Part shown: positions 1-8,177 of the stretch, in pieces
Layout of the letters: each line of letters opens with the position of its first letter
Position numbering within the stretch: position 1 is the first letter of the stretch
Origin: Methanothermus fervidus DSM 2088
GTDB lineage: Archaea; Methanobacteriota; Methanobacteria; DSM-2088; Methanothermaceae
Direction: 5' to 3'
NCBI GenBank assembly: GCA_000166095.1
Contig: CP002278.1
Coordinates: 900,001-932,000, forward strand
DNA: 32,000 bases
Translations under genes and position numbers: made by a program
The notes under the pieces: model-generated
What the model was told of the DNA's origin: nothing
The model's input: the letters and a program-made list of their open reading frames with translations, nothing else
Database searches by the model: none

Positions 1-102
1 AGCAAAAATTAATTTAACATTTGTATAATCTGAGACATCTTTGATAGCTCTATGTAAATTCCTACTTACAACAGTGGATATCAATAAGATATTTGGTTTC
101 AT
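1..102 (-). CDS. 5' end of a gene running off the left edge (MKPNILLISTVVSRNLHRAIKDVSDYTNVKLIFA...); product unknown
   Basis: ATG at 102-100 (minus strand) lies 8 nt downstream of GGAGG (complement of 111-115) and stays open to the window edge. It is absent from the ORF track because it is truncated. Confidence 0.4.
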   Translation of the reverse strand, partial: MKPNILLISTVVSRNLHRAIKDVSDYTNVKLIFA

Positions 103-247
103 TGCTTTTGCCTCCATATATATATGTGATTTTTAGTTACTAAAATATTACTTAAAATATTTTTTTGTTTAGTCACTTTCTAGGCATTGCAAAGTTTTAA
201 GCATGTGTTTGTGAAAATTTAAAGTATAGATTAATGGAGGAGAAAAA

Positions 248-580
248 ATGGAAGAAAAATTACCATTTGCTAAAGCAGAAGTAGTAAGATTAATGAGAAA
301 ATATTTAGATGACGATAAAATGATAAGAGAACGTGTAAAAATAGAGATGAATAAGTTTTTAGGTGAAATTGTGAAAAATATTTGCAAAGAACTGAATAAA
401 TATCCTTACACAGTTGTAGAACATGACATGTTCAAAGAATGCGTATATCCCTACAGAAATTTAGATAGAATCAATGAAGAAAAAGAAAGAATGATAAAAC
501 ATTTAGAAGCTATAAAATCTGATTGTGATGCATTGATATCTGAAATAAAACGAAGTTTTGATTTGACAAGTAAGCTATAA
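248..580 (+). CDS. Histone-fold-like small protein with a C-terminal coiled-coil-like extension
   Basis: GGAGG at 236-240 precedes the ATG at 248. [15 protein letters not shown] / long central helix [21 protein letters not shown] / [13 protein letters not shown] reads as a helix-loop-long helix-loop-helix histone fold (NF-Y/NC2-like 'LPxA' start). About 45 further residues form a charged heptad-like tail. Confidence 0.5.
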   Translation: MEEKLPFAKAEVVRLMRKYLDDDKMIRERVKIEMNKFLGEIVKNICKELNKYPYTVVEHDMFKECVYPYRNLDRINEEKERMIKHLEAIKSDCDALISEIKRSFDLTSKL

Positions 581-1120
581 TTCTATAAATCCTGTTTTAA
601 GGTTTTTTATTTCTTCTTCTGTTAATTTTCGTTTAGAAACTTCTGGGTGATCGATAAAACTCTGACCTAAAGGATCCTCTAAAATCATTTTAACCTTTCT
701 TTTACCATTTTTGACCTCTTTTAATTTTTTAGATATTTCTTTTATTTTTACTCTAGTTTTTTTGTCTTTAAATAATATCTTAGAACTTTCAATGACTTCT
801 TCAAATCTATTTAATACACCTTCAATGTTAGATATATATCCTTGAGATTTTGGTCCAGGTTCAACCTTTAATCCTAATTCAGGTATTCTTATAGTTGCTG
901 ATTGAGATTTCACAACCCTTGCATTAAGTGTTTCTAAATGTACATCAATTGAATATCTCATAGGTTCTTTTGATTCAAGACAAAGAATATCACTATCTCT
1001 GTATCCACAATTTTTACAAATAGATGCAAATTCCAAAACTTCTCCGAAATATGGTATTTTTTGTGTTGTAGTTATTACATTTAAGGATCTATTTTGGCAG
1101 AGAGGACAATTAGCTATCAT
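575..1120 (-). CDS. ZPR1-type zinc-finger protein
   Basis: CPLCQN...(x)...CKNCGY C4 zinc ribbon followed by a beta-rich ZPR1-like domain. ATG at 1120 preferred over the track's GTG at 1141; either choice overlaps the upstream gene's stop. Confidence 0.75.
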   Translation of the reverse strand: MIANCPLCQNRSLNVITTTQKIPYFGEVLEFASICKNCGYRDSDILCLESKEPMRYSIDVHLETLNARVVKSQSATIRIPELGLKVEPGPKSQGYISNIEGVLNRFEEVIESSKILFKDKKTRVKIKEISKKLKEVKNGKRKVKMILEDPLGQSFIDHPEVSKRKLTEEEIKNLKTGFIEL

Positions 1121-2096
1121 TTTTTGTTGCAATTGCACCACCTCTGTATAGTAACCCTTCCTTATCTAGTTCTTCCACAATTTTTTCCAATGTCTCTTCA
1201 TCTGGTGCACATATCTTATGAGTATGTATATTGTTTGACAATCTATAAATTCTTTCCAGGTCCTTCCTACGTTTTGGGTTTTCTTCCAATATTTTGATAA
1301 ATCTTTCTGCATCTTTTGGATCATAAATATCTACTTTACGTCTTAAAGGTTCTGAAAATCCTGGAATTGGGTATGATACATCGACAATACGGCCATCATA
1401 TTTCTCTATTACAATTTCAACAACTTTTTTTAAGTCCTCAACCGGATGTTGTAATACTATTCTTTTACAACATTGTTTTATAAAAGATAAAATACGTTTA
1501 ACTGTAGATTCTAATTCTTCGTTGTTAATAACAGGGACATTGTGTTCTTTTGCCTTTTCAACTAAATAATCATGTATAATGCGGTTTTCTCTAAAATATT
1601 CTAAGTGTTTGCCTCCCCTTTTTATCTCCATTGCTCTCTTTACAAATCTCTCCTTATGTGTTTTCTCATCTGCAGACAAAACAATGAAGTGAACAGAAGC
1701 ATCTTCCTTAAACTTTTCTATGTCTATCATTCCTGGTAATAAATGGACACCTTCAATAATTACATCGTCATGATCATCAATAGCTCTTCTAATAACCTTT
1801 TCTATAGCAGGTATTACAAAGGAAGCATGTTCCTCAAAACCTGCTCTTACCAATGATTCATGATCTTTAAATTTTTCTTTATATCTTAAAATTGTGTAGG
1901 CATCATATGATGATTTATGCAATGCTGGTGCATAATCGTCCCCTATAATACCTCTTACAATTTCTCTAATAAAATCAGTCTCTATTAAATGCTTAATTTC
2001 TAATTTTCTTGCAATTTCAGATGCAACTGTAGATTTACCAACTCCAGATGCGCTGCCAATTAATATAACATATGGTTTTTTCTTCACGACAAACAC
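1110..2096 (-). CDS. 2-phosphoglycerate kinase (cyclic 2,3-diphosphoglycerate pathway)
   Basis: N-terminal P-loop [13 protein letters not shown] followed by [13 protein letters not shown]. Length and layout are typical of methanogen 2PGK. Confidence 0.8.
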   Translation of the reverse strand: MFVVKKKPYVILIGSASGVGKSTVASEIARKLEIKHLIETDFIREIVRGIIGDDYAPALHKSSYDAYTILRYKEKFKDHESLVRAGFEEHASFVIPAIEKVIRRAIDDHDDVIIEGVHLLPGMIDIEKFKEDASVHFIVLSADEKTHKERFVKRAMEIKRGGKHLEYFRENRIIHDYLVEKAKEHNVPVINNEELESTVKRILSFIKQCCKRIVLQHPVEDLKKVVEIVIEKYDGRIVDVSYPIPGFSEPLRRKVDIYDPKDAERFIKILEENPKRRKDLERIYRLSNNIHTHKICAPDEETLEKIVEELDKEGLLYRGGAIATKNDS

Positions 2097-2100
2097 CTAA

Positions 2101-2448
2101 CTACGATAGGAAATCCTTTATCCTCTCAGCACTCCTTCTCATCTCCAACCTTATTAATCCCAAATTAACATCCTCATCTGTCAAAACGACCAATATTCCT
2201 TCACCAACATCCTTCATAAGCATTTTTCCTCTTGATCCTTCAATCATTACCTGTTCCAAAGGTTCCTGTTTTAATTCTTCAACAGATTCCTTTGCAGCCC
2301 CAAAAATAACTGATGACCTTGCAGCAACAATTTCAGCATCCATATCTGAACCCAATTCACTCTCAATTATCAATCCATCCTTACCAACAACCAACGACCC
2401 ATTAACACCATCTATTCTGGTTAAATCTCTTAACACTCTTGAAATCAT
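2101..2448 (-). CDS. Roadblock/LC7 (MglB-like) domain protein
   Basis: 115 aa; the pattern [16 protein letters not shown]... is characteristic of archaeal Roadblock/LC7 proteins. Confidence 0.75.
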   Translation of the reverse strand: MISRVLRDLTRIDGVNGSLVVGKDGLIIESELGSDMDAEIVAARSSVIFGAAKESVEELKQEPLEQVMIEGSRGKMLMKDVGEGILVVLTDEDVNLGLIRLEMRRSAERIKDFLS

Positions 2449-2493
2449 ATAATAACCTCCTAATTAACAAATATACTTAAGAATATTTAATCT

Positions 2494-2739
2494 TTATGAG
2501 TTGAGTTCCCTAACTACATCATCAACATTGTTGAAAGTATAGATAAAAATTAAAAATTCTTCTAAATTTTTAAATTTTACTTCTCTTTGATATTCATGTT
2601 CTTGATATTTTATTTGCAATTTTACATTGTTTTCATCGCTAAAATTTATACATGCCAATATTTTATCCTTCTCGATTTCAAATAAAATTTTATCATTCTT
2701 TATTTTCACATTCCCCGTCTTTGTCTTGAACTTCAACAT
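2494..2739 (-). CDS. Hypothetical small protein (81 aa)
   Basis: ORF only; K/E/I-rich, predicted beta-rich. Overlaps the upstream ORF by 47 nt. Confidence 0.4.
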   Translation of the reverse strand: MLKFKTKTGNVKIKNDKILFEIEKDKILACINFSDENNVKLQIKYQEHEYQREVKFKNLEEFLIFIYTFNNVDDVVRELNS

Positions 2740-3106
2740 CTTTTTTCACACCTTCAACAGATTTTTTTGATACTATCTCATCATGATAATTTATCCAATC
2801 TCTAATTCTGTCCACAAATCTCTTCCTTTTAAAAATATTAAATATGAAATTTGAGAGCGTTTCATAAAATACATAACCGAATATTCTCCTATTCTCAGAT
2901 TTTAGGTAAGGACCAGCCTCAACAAAAACTTTCCCATCTTTATAAAATCTTATTGTAGTTACCCATTTCCAGCCTCTCTCAGGATCTGAATCTTGCGTAG
3001 TTTTTACTTTAAAAACTAAATACAAAGAATCTTTCATGTGTCTTGCCAATATCATCCTACTTTCATCTATCAATATTTTTTTCTCTGCTTTGATTATTTC
3101 TTCCAT
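2693..3106 (-). CDS. Hypothetical protein (137 aa)
   Basis: ORF only; no motif recognised; acidic/lysine-rich tail. Confidence 0.5.
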   Translation of the reverse strand: MEEIIKAEKKILIDESRMILARHMKDSLYLVFKVKTTQDSDPERGWKWVTTIRFYKDGKVFVEAGPYLKSENRRIFGYVFYETLSNFIFNIFKRKRFVDRIRDWINYHDEIVSKKSVEGVKKDVEVQDKDGECENKE

Positions 3107-3132
3107 GTTACCTTACCTTTTTTCTAATTAAC

Positions 3133-3146
3133 CGAAAAATTTATAA
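3133..3146 (+). promoter_or_regulatory. Candidate archaeal BRE/TATA (CGAAAAATTTATAA) for the cbi operon
   Basis: Purine-rich BRE-like element plus a TTTATAA box about 50 nt upstream of the cbiM start. A predicted TSS near 3170 leaves a short leader containing GGAGGG (3183-3188). Confidence 0.35.
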
Positions 3147-3196
3147 CACATAATTTTTCAAAGATACTTTGTAAAAAATCAAGGAGGGTATATTAG

Positions 3197-3879
3197 TTGC
3201 ATATAATGGAAGGATATTTACCACCAATCTGGTGTGCTGTATGGTATGCAATAGCTTTACCAGTAGTTGCATATGGTATCTACAGATTGATAAAAATTAC
3301 TGATGAGAATCCAGAGAGTAAACCTTTAATAGCTATGGCAGGAGCATTCATGTTTGTTCTTTCTTCATTAAAAATGCCTTCAGTTACAGGTAGTTGTTCA
3401 CATCCTACAGGAAATGCTCTAGGGCCGTATTGTTTGGACCAGCAATTGCAAGTGTTTTAGCATTTATAACTTTGATATTTCAAGCACTTTTGATGGCACA
3501 TGGTGGTCTTTCAACATTAGGAGCAAACACAGTGTCAATGGGAATTGTTGGTACAGTTGCAGCATGGATTGTTTGGAAAATCTGTGAAAAAGTAAACATA
3601 TCTCACTCAGTAGGTATATTTTTAGCAGCAGTAGCAGGAGATTGGTTAACATATGTGACAACATCAATACAATTGGCCTTAGCATTTCCAATACCAAATG
3701 TTGCTTCAGCAGCATTGAAATTTATGGCAATATATGCTTACACACAGGTGCCTCTAGCAATTGCTGAAGGTTTATTAACAATGGTTGTATTTAGAGAAAT
3801 AATTAAAAAGAGACCAGATATTTTAGAAAACTTGAAAGTTGTTGTAGCCCCAAAAACTACTGAAAGTGAAGGTGAATGA
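3197..3879 (+). pseudogene. cbiM: cbiM (ECF-type cobalt/nickel transporter substrate component) interrupted by a 1-nt frameshift near 3422-3424
   Basis: The two track ORFs (3197-3460 and 3394-3879) are the two halves of one CbiM: MHIMEGYLPP...SSLKMPSVTGSCSHPTGNALG | AVLFGPAIASVLAFITLIFQALLMAHGGLSTLGAN. The reading frame changes at CTA GGG (G)CC GTA. TTG start gives the conserved Met-His N-terminus. Confidence 0.85.
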
Positions 3880-3880
3880 G

Positions 3881-4168
3881 ATGGATAGGATCACTATAGT
3901 ATCTTTAATATTGGTTGCAGTAATCTGTGCTATTCCCCTTATCATGTATGCTGGTAAAGGAGAGGAACAAGGATATTTCAAAGGTTCTGATGATGTAGGA
4001 ACCGAAGCAATAGAAAGTACTGGATATAAACCATGGTTACAACCTATTTGGCAGCCACCAAGTGGGGAAATTGAAAGTTTATTATTTGCAGTGCAAGCAG
4101 GGATCGGTGCATTTATCATTGGTTATGTCTTTGGAAGATACATGAAAAGTAAAAGCTCCAAAACCTAA
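3881..4168 (+). CDS. cbiN: CbiN, small membrane component of the cobalt ECF transporter
   Basis: About 95 aa with N- and C-terminal TM helices and the GYKPW..P.W.PPSGEIESLLFA.QA block typical of CbiN. ATG at 3881 lies 1 nt after the cbiM stop with GGTGA upstream; the track start at 3866 is less likely. Confidence 0.85.
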   Translation: MDRITIVSLILVAVICAIPLIMYAGKGEEQGYFKGSDDVGTEAIESTGYKPWLQPIWQPPSGEIESLLFAVQAGIGAFIIGYVFGRYMKSKSSKT

Positions 4169-4188
4169 TTTCTTTTTTTAATTTTTTT
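4169..4188 (+). terminator. Oligo-T tract (TTTCTTTTTTTAATTTTTTT) between cbiN and cbiQ
   Basis: Two T7 runs on the coding strand directly after the cbiN stop. Oligo-T is the archaeal intrinsic termination signal. Confidence 0.3.
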
Positions 4189-4199
4189 GAGGTGGTTAT

Positions 4200-4979
4200 T
4201 TGTTTGAAAATAATCTAGATTATATAGCACATACAAACAAACTTAGGAATGTAAATCCAGAATTAAAAATATTTTTTGCAATTTCAACAATGATTGTGAA
4301 CTTAATCTCAAATTCTATTTTAGTTCCTCTTATTATAGTGGTTATAGTAGGTTATTTGTTAATACGTAAGGCAGGCATATCAAAGAATTTTTATTGTAAA
4401 TTTATGTTTATACCTTTTGTTTTTGCGCTTATAACATTTATATTTATGGCATTTTTCTTTGGAGTGGGTAAACCTTTGTTGAACTTAGGAATTTTTGGAC
4501 TTTCAATTACTGAAGATGGATTAAATAGAGGTTTAACCGTGTTTACAAAAATTATTGGAGGATTTTCTTGTTTAGCATTTCTAGCCATTACTACTCCAAT
4601 TAATGAATTCTTTAAAAGCTTGAAAAAATTTAAAATTCCAGAAATATTTTTAGAAATTACAACCATGATGTATACAAGCATTTTTATTATCATTGAAGAA
4701 GGATTTAGAATGTATTATTCTCAAGAAACAAGGCTTGGTTACAGGGATTTAAAGACAGCATATAAATCTCTTGGAATGTTGGCAGCTAATTTATTTTTAA
4801 GAGCTTGGGAAAGAGGTGAAAAATTATACCTATCTATGGAGTCAAGATGTTACCAAGGTAAAATACCAAGCCTGAAAAAAAATTCATCACCTGACATCAA
4901 ATATTTTATCTTATTAATTTTCTTTGAGGTGTCTCTTTTCTGCACATCATGTGTGTCTCATAAAATTTTTGGTTTATAA
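4200..4979 (+). CDS. cbiQ: CbiQ, ECF transporter transmembrane (T) component
   Basis: TTG start 4 nt after GAGGTGG (4189-4195). Polytopic membrane protein with the C-terminal R..Y.S...RLGY / A.ANLFLRAWERGE coupling-helix region typical of CbiQ/EcfT. Confidence 0.8.
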   Translation: MFENNLDYIAHTNKLRNVNPELKIFFAISTMIVNLISNSILVPLIIVVIVGYLLIRKAGISKNFYCKFMFIPFVFALITFIFMAFFFGVGKPLLNLGIFGLSITEDGLNRGLTVFTKIIGGFSCLAFLAITTPINEFFKSLKKFKIPEIFLEITTMMYTSIFIIIEEGFRMYYSQETRLGYRDLKTAYKSLGMLAANLFLRAWERGEKLYLSMESRCYQGKIPSLKKNSSPDIKYFILLIFFEVSLFCTSCVSHKIFGL

Positions 4980-4993
4980 TTTTTCCATGCTAA

Positions 4994-5007
4994 TTTTTAT
5001 ATATATT
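4994..5007 (+). promoter_or_regulatory. Candidate TATA box (TTTTTATATATATT) for purE-ubiD
   Basis: AT box about 50 nt upstream of the proposed GTG start. This is low-specificity evidence in such AT-rich DNA. Confidence 0.3.
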
Positions 5008-5054
5008 AAAATTTAACAAATTAGTTTAAAATGTAAAAAATGGAGGGTAATTTT

Positions 5055-6047
5055 GTGAAACCAAAAATTACAATAATTCTTGGTAGTTCATCTGATTATA
5101 AAATTTGTGAAAAGACTATCAACACTCTTGAGAAATTAAAAATTCCTTATGATGTTAAAGTTGCTTCAGCTCATAGAACTCCCCAAAAATTAAAATATCA
5201 AGTGTCAAAAGCTACTGAAGAAGGAACTGAGGTTTTCATTGGTATAGCTGGTTTATCTGCACAGCTTCCAGGAATAATAACATCATACACTCATAAGCCT
5301 GTTATAGCAGTTCCAGTAGATGTAAAGGTTGGAGGATTAGATGCGCTACTCACATCCTCACAAATGCCATTTCCAGAACCGGTTGCTACTGTAGGTATAA
5401 ATAATGGTGTAAATGCAGCCATTTTAGCTGCACAAATATTAGCAGTTCATGACAAAAAGGTAAAAGAAAGATTAATATCAATGAAAAAAGATTTTTATGA
5501 AAAAATTATAAAAAGCGAGGAAGAAATCACTGAAAAAATAAAAGGGAAGTATTATTCTCCGCAGAAAATTGAGACTCCTGAATTTGAAATAACTACTCCA
5601 GATTCAAATTCTGAGATTGATGTATGTGTAATGTCTGGAAGTTATTCAGATATGAACATTGTTAGGAGAGTCACATCAGTGTTAGATAGAGCTGATATAA
5701 ATTATGATTTAAGAATTGTCTTTCCATTTAGAAGGCCAGATAAATTCGAAGAATTAATAAAAAATATGAATACGAAGATTTTCATATCTGTAACTGGTGT
5801 AGCATCACATATAACCGGAATGTTGGCATCTTTAACATTGAGCCCAGTAATTGGCGTGCCATGTACATCTCAGCTACAAGGATTAGATTCTTTATTATCA
5901 ATGGTTAACATGCCTCCAGGAGTTCCAGTTGCAACTGTTGGAATAAATAGAGGTGATAATGCAGCAATGTTGGCATTAGAAATATTAGCTATGAACAATG
6001 AAGAATTAGAAGAAAAAATAAAAAATATAAAATGGAAGAGATCATAA
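5055..6047 (+). CDS. purE: Tandem-duplicated PurE (two fused AIR carboxylase / N5-CAIR mutase domains)
   Basis: Two PurE-like halves. Half 1: ILGSSSDY...ASAHRTP...AGLSAQLPG...PVIAVP. Half 2: MSGSYSDM...FPFRRP...TGVASHITG...PVIGVP. GTG at 5055 lies 7 nt after GGAGGG and is preferred over the track ATG at 5040, which sits inside that RBS. Confidence 0.9.
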   Translation: MKPKITIILGSSSDYKICEKTINTLEKLKIPYDVKVASAHRTPQKLKYQVSKATEEGTEVFIGIAGLSAQLPGIITSYTHKPVIAVPVDVKVGGLDALLTSSQMPFPEPVATVGINNGVNAAILAAQILAVHDKKVKERLISMKKDFYEKIIKSEEEITEKIKGKYYSPQKIETPEFEITTPDSNSEIDVCVMSGSYSDMNIVRRVTSVLDRADINYDLRIVFPFRRPDKFEELIKNMNTKIFISVTGVASHITGMLASLTLSPVIGVPCTSQLQGLDSLLSMVNMPPGVPVATVGINRGDNAAMLALEILAMNNEELEEKIKNIKWKRS

Positions 6048-7303
6048 TGAGCGATTTAAAAACTTTTATTGAAATTCTTGATGAAAAATATGGTGTGAAG
6101 GAAATAAATAAAGAGGTTTCTACAAAATTTGAGATTGCCAAGATAATTAAAAAATATGAAAATAAAACGTTAATATTTAATAATATTGCTGAATCTGATA
6201 TCCCTATTGTTTCAGGAGTATGTAACACTAGAGAAAAAATTTGTACTGCCTTAAATTGTAAAAATTTATTGAAAAAAACATTGGATGGAATGGATAACCC
6301 AAAACCAATAAAAAAGATTGAAAAATTAGATAAAAAAGAATATACAACAAAAAAAGTTGATTTAAATCTCTTACCTATACTCAGACATTATAAAAAAGAT
6401 GGTGGAAGATACATAACTTCAGGGATAGTAATAGCTAAAGATCCTAATACTGGTATAAGAAATGCCTCAATACATAGAATGATGGTAATTGATAAAAATA
6501 AAGTCGCTATTCGTATTGTACCAAGAGATTTGTATACATATTACAAAGAATCTGAAAAACTTGGGAAAGATTTAGAAGTTGCAGTGGTTATAGGTGTCCA
6601 TCCAGCTGTTCTTTTTGCATCAAGTATTTCAGTTCCAATAAATCAGGATGAATTAGAAATTGCAAACTATTTCCATCAAGGAGAAATGAAACTCTTTAAA
6701 TGTGAAGATGTAGATATAGAAGTACCTAAATCTGAAATAATTCTTGAAGGTAAAATATTGGCAAACAAACGTGCAGAAGAAGGTCCATTTCTTGATATAA
6801 CCGGCACTTATGATCTTGTAAGAAGAGAACCTATACTAAAATTTGAAAAAATGCATATAAGAAAAGATGCTATATATCATGCAATTCTACCAGCAGGATA
6901 TGAACATATGTTACTTCAGGGAATCCCACAAGAAGCAAGAATATATAAAGCTGTTAAAAATACGTTGCCAACAGTGAAAGATGTCAAGCTAACAGAAGGA
7001 GGATGTTGCTGGTTACATGCAGTAATTTCAATAAAAAAAAGAACAGAAGGCGATGCTAAAAATGTCATTATGGCTGCATTATCAGCACACCCTTCTCTCA
7101 AACATGTGGTTGTTACAGATGAAGATATAGATATATCTAATTTAAGAGAAGTTGAATATGCAATAGCAACTAGAGTCAGAGGAGATAGGGATATTTTGAT
7201 AATACCTAATGTTCGTGGATCTTCATTAGATCCTATGGCAAAACCTGACGGTACAACAACAAAAGTAGGCATTGATGCTACAAAGCCCCTCAAAAATGGA
7301 TGA
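6047..7303 (+). CDS. UbiD-family (prFMN-dependent) decarboxylase; candidate anhydromevalonate-phosphate decarboxylase of the archaeal mevalonate pathway
   Basis: UbiD-like N-terminus (LKTFIEILDEKYGVKEINKEVS), GIRNASIHRMMV and EGPFLDITGTY blocks; about 420 aa. The ATG overlaps the purE stop (TAATG). Confidence 0.75.
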   Translation: MSDLKTFIEILDEKYGVKEINKEVSTKFEIAKIIKKYENKTLIFNNIAESDIPIVSGVCNTREKICTALNCKNLLKKTLDGMDNPKPIKKIEKLDKKEYTTKKVDLNLLPILRHYKKDGGRYITSGIVIAKDPNTGIRNASIHRMMVIDKNKVAIRIVPRDLYTYYKESEKLGKDLEVAVVIGVHPAVLFASSISVPINQDELEIANYFHQGEMKLFKCEDVDIEVPKSEIILEGKILANKRAEEGPFLDITGTYDLVRREPILKFEKMHIRKDAIYHAILPAGYEHMLLQGIPQEARIYKAVKNTLPTVKDVKLTEGGCCWLHAVISIKKRTEGDAKNVIMAALSAHPSLKHVVVTDEDIDISNLREVEYAIATRVRGDRDILIIPNVRGSSLDPMAKPDGTTTKVGIDATKPLKNG

Positions 7304-7316
7304 AGGAGGATTCTAA

Positions 7317-8177
7317 ATTAAAATAATACCTTTGGCTTCTGAGAGTTTAGGTGTTAGGAGTCTTTCATTATATATTGAAAATAAAAATGAAAAAATAATT
7401 ATAGATCCCGGGGCTGCTTTAGGACCACGAAGATACTCACTTCCCCCATCAAAAGTAGAATTGAAAGCATTAGATTATAGTAAGAAAAGAATATTGAATT
7501 TTTTAGAAAAATCAGATATCGTTATTATTACACATTATCATTATGATCATTACACTCCAGAAGCTGATTATAGTGGAAAGAGAGTGTTGTTAAAGCATCC
7601 AAAAAGAAATATAAATTTAAATCAGAAAAGAAGAGCATCTAAATTTATAAAAAATTTAGAATTTTATGAATATGCAGATGAAAAAGATATAAATATTGGA
7701 AATACAAGAATAAAGATTTCTCCACCAGTTCCTCATGGTAAAGAAGGAACTAGGCTGGGATTTGTAATAATGTGTTTAATAGAAAATAAAAAAAGGATCT
7801 TATATGCAAGTGATAGTCAAATGTTAAATGAATTGTGTGTTAAATGGACTATTAAACAAATGCCTGATATTGTAGTGACTAGCGGTCCTCCAACCTATTT
7901 AAGACATGTAAAATCAACATGGGAATTAGGTGTAAAAAATATTAACAAAATAATATATGAAACTGATGCAAATTTAATTTTAGATCATCATATTGTCAGA
8001 GATAAAAGATATAAAGAATTTTTTGAAGAAATAGATTGTGAAGTTTTAACATGTGCAAAATATTTAGGCATGGAAGATATACCATTGGAAGCATATAGGG
8101 GTGAATTACATAAAATGGAAAAAGGTAAGAGTGTCAGCATTCCTTTTTCGATTCCTAAGCATTTAGCTAGCTATTAA
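7317..8177 (+). CDS. Metallo-beta-lactamase-fold hydrolase (UPF0282-like)
   Basis: ITHYHYDHY (HxHxDH) motif with downstream His/Asp ligands. The start is uncertain: ATT at 7317 is 6 nt after AGGAGGA, while the track TTG at 7332 is 21 nt from it. Confidence 0.75.
   Translation: MKIIPLASESLGVRSLSLYIENKNEKIIIDPGAALGPRRYSLPPSKVELKALDYSKKRILNFLEKSDIVIITHYHYDHYTPEADYSGKRVLLKHPKRNINLNQKRRASKFIKNLEFYEYADEKDINIGNTRIKISPPVPHGKEGTRLGFVIMCLIENKKRILYASDSQMLNELCVKWTIKQMPDIVVTSGPPTYLRHVKSTWELGVKNINKIIYETDANLILDHHIVRDKRYKEFFEEIDCEVLTCAKYLGMEDIPLEAYRGELHKMEKGKSVSIPFSIPKHLASY

Noticed and set aside
3107-3196. Cobalamin riboswitch or other leader RNA upstream of cbiM
   Set aside because: The region is only ~90 nt, extremely AT-rich, has no B12-box-like GC-rich element and no obvious stem-loops. 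It is better explained as a simple BRE/TATA promoter plus RBS.
3419-3430. Programmed -1 ribosomal frameshift in cbiM
   Set aside because: There is no X XXY YYZ slippery heptamer and no obvious downstream structure. A simple 1-nt indel in a G run, either mutation or sequencing error, is more parsimonious. It is kept as a finding only as a frameshift.
6916-7293. 125-aa minus-strand ORF inside the UbiD-family gene, and similar antisense ORFs at 11142-11484, 13650-13991, 3464-4119, 4391-4693, 18063-18712, 27644-28168 and 30810-31244
   Set aside because: All overlap strongly supported genes on the opposite strand and show no motifs or translation signals.
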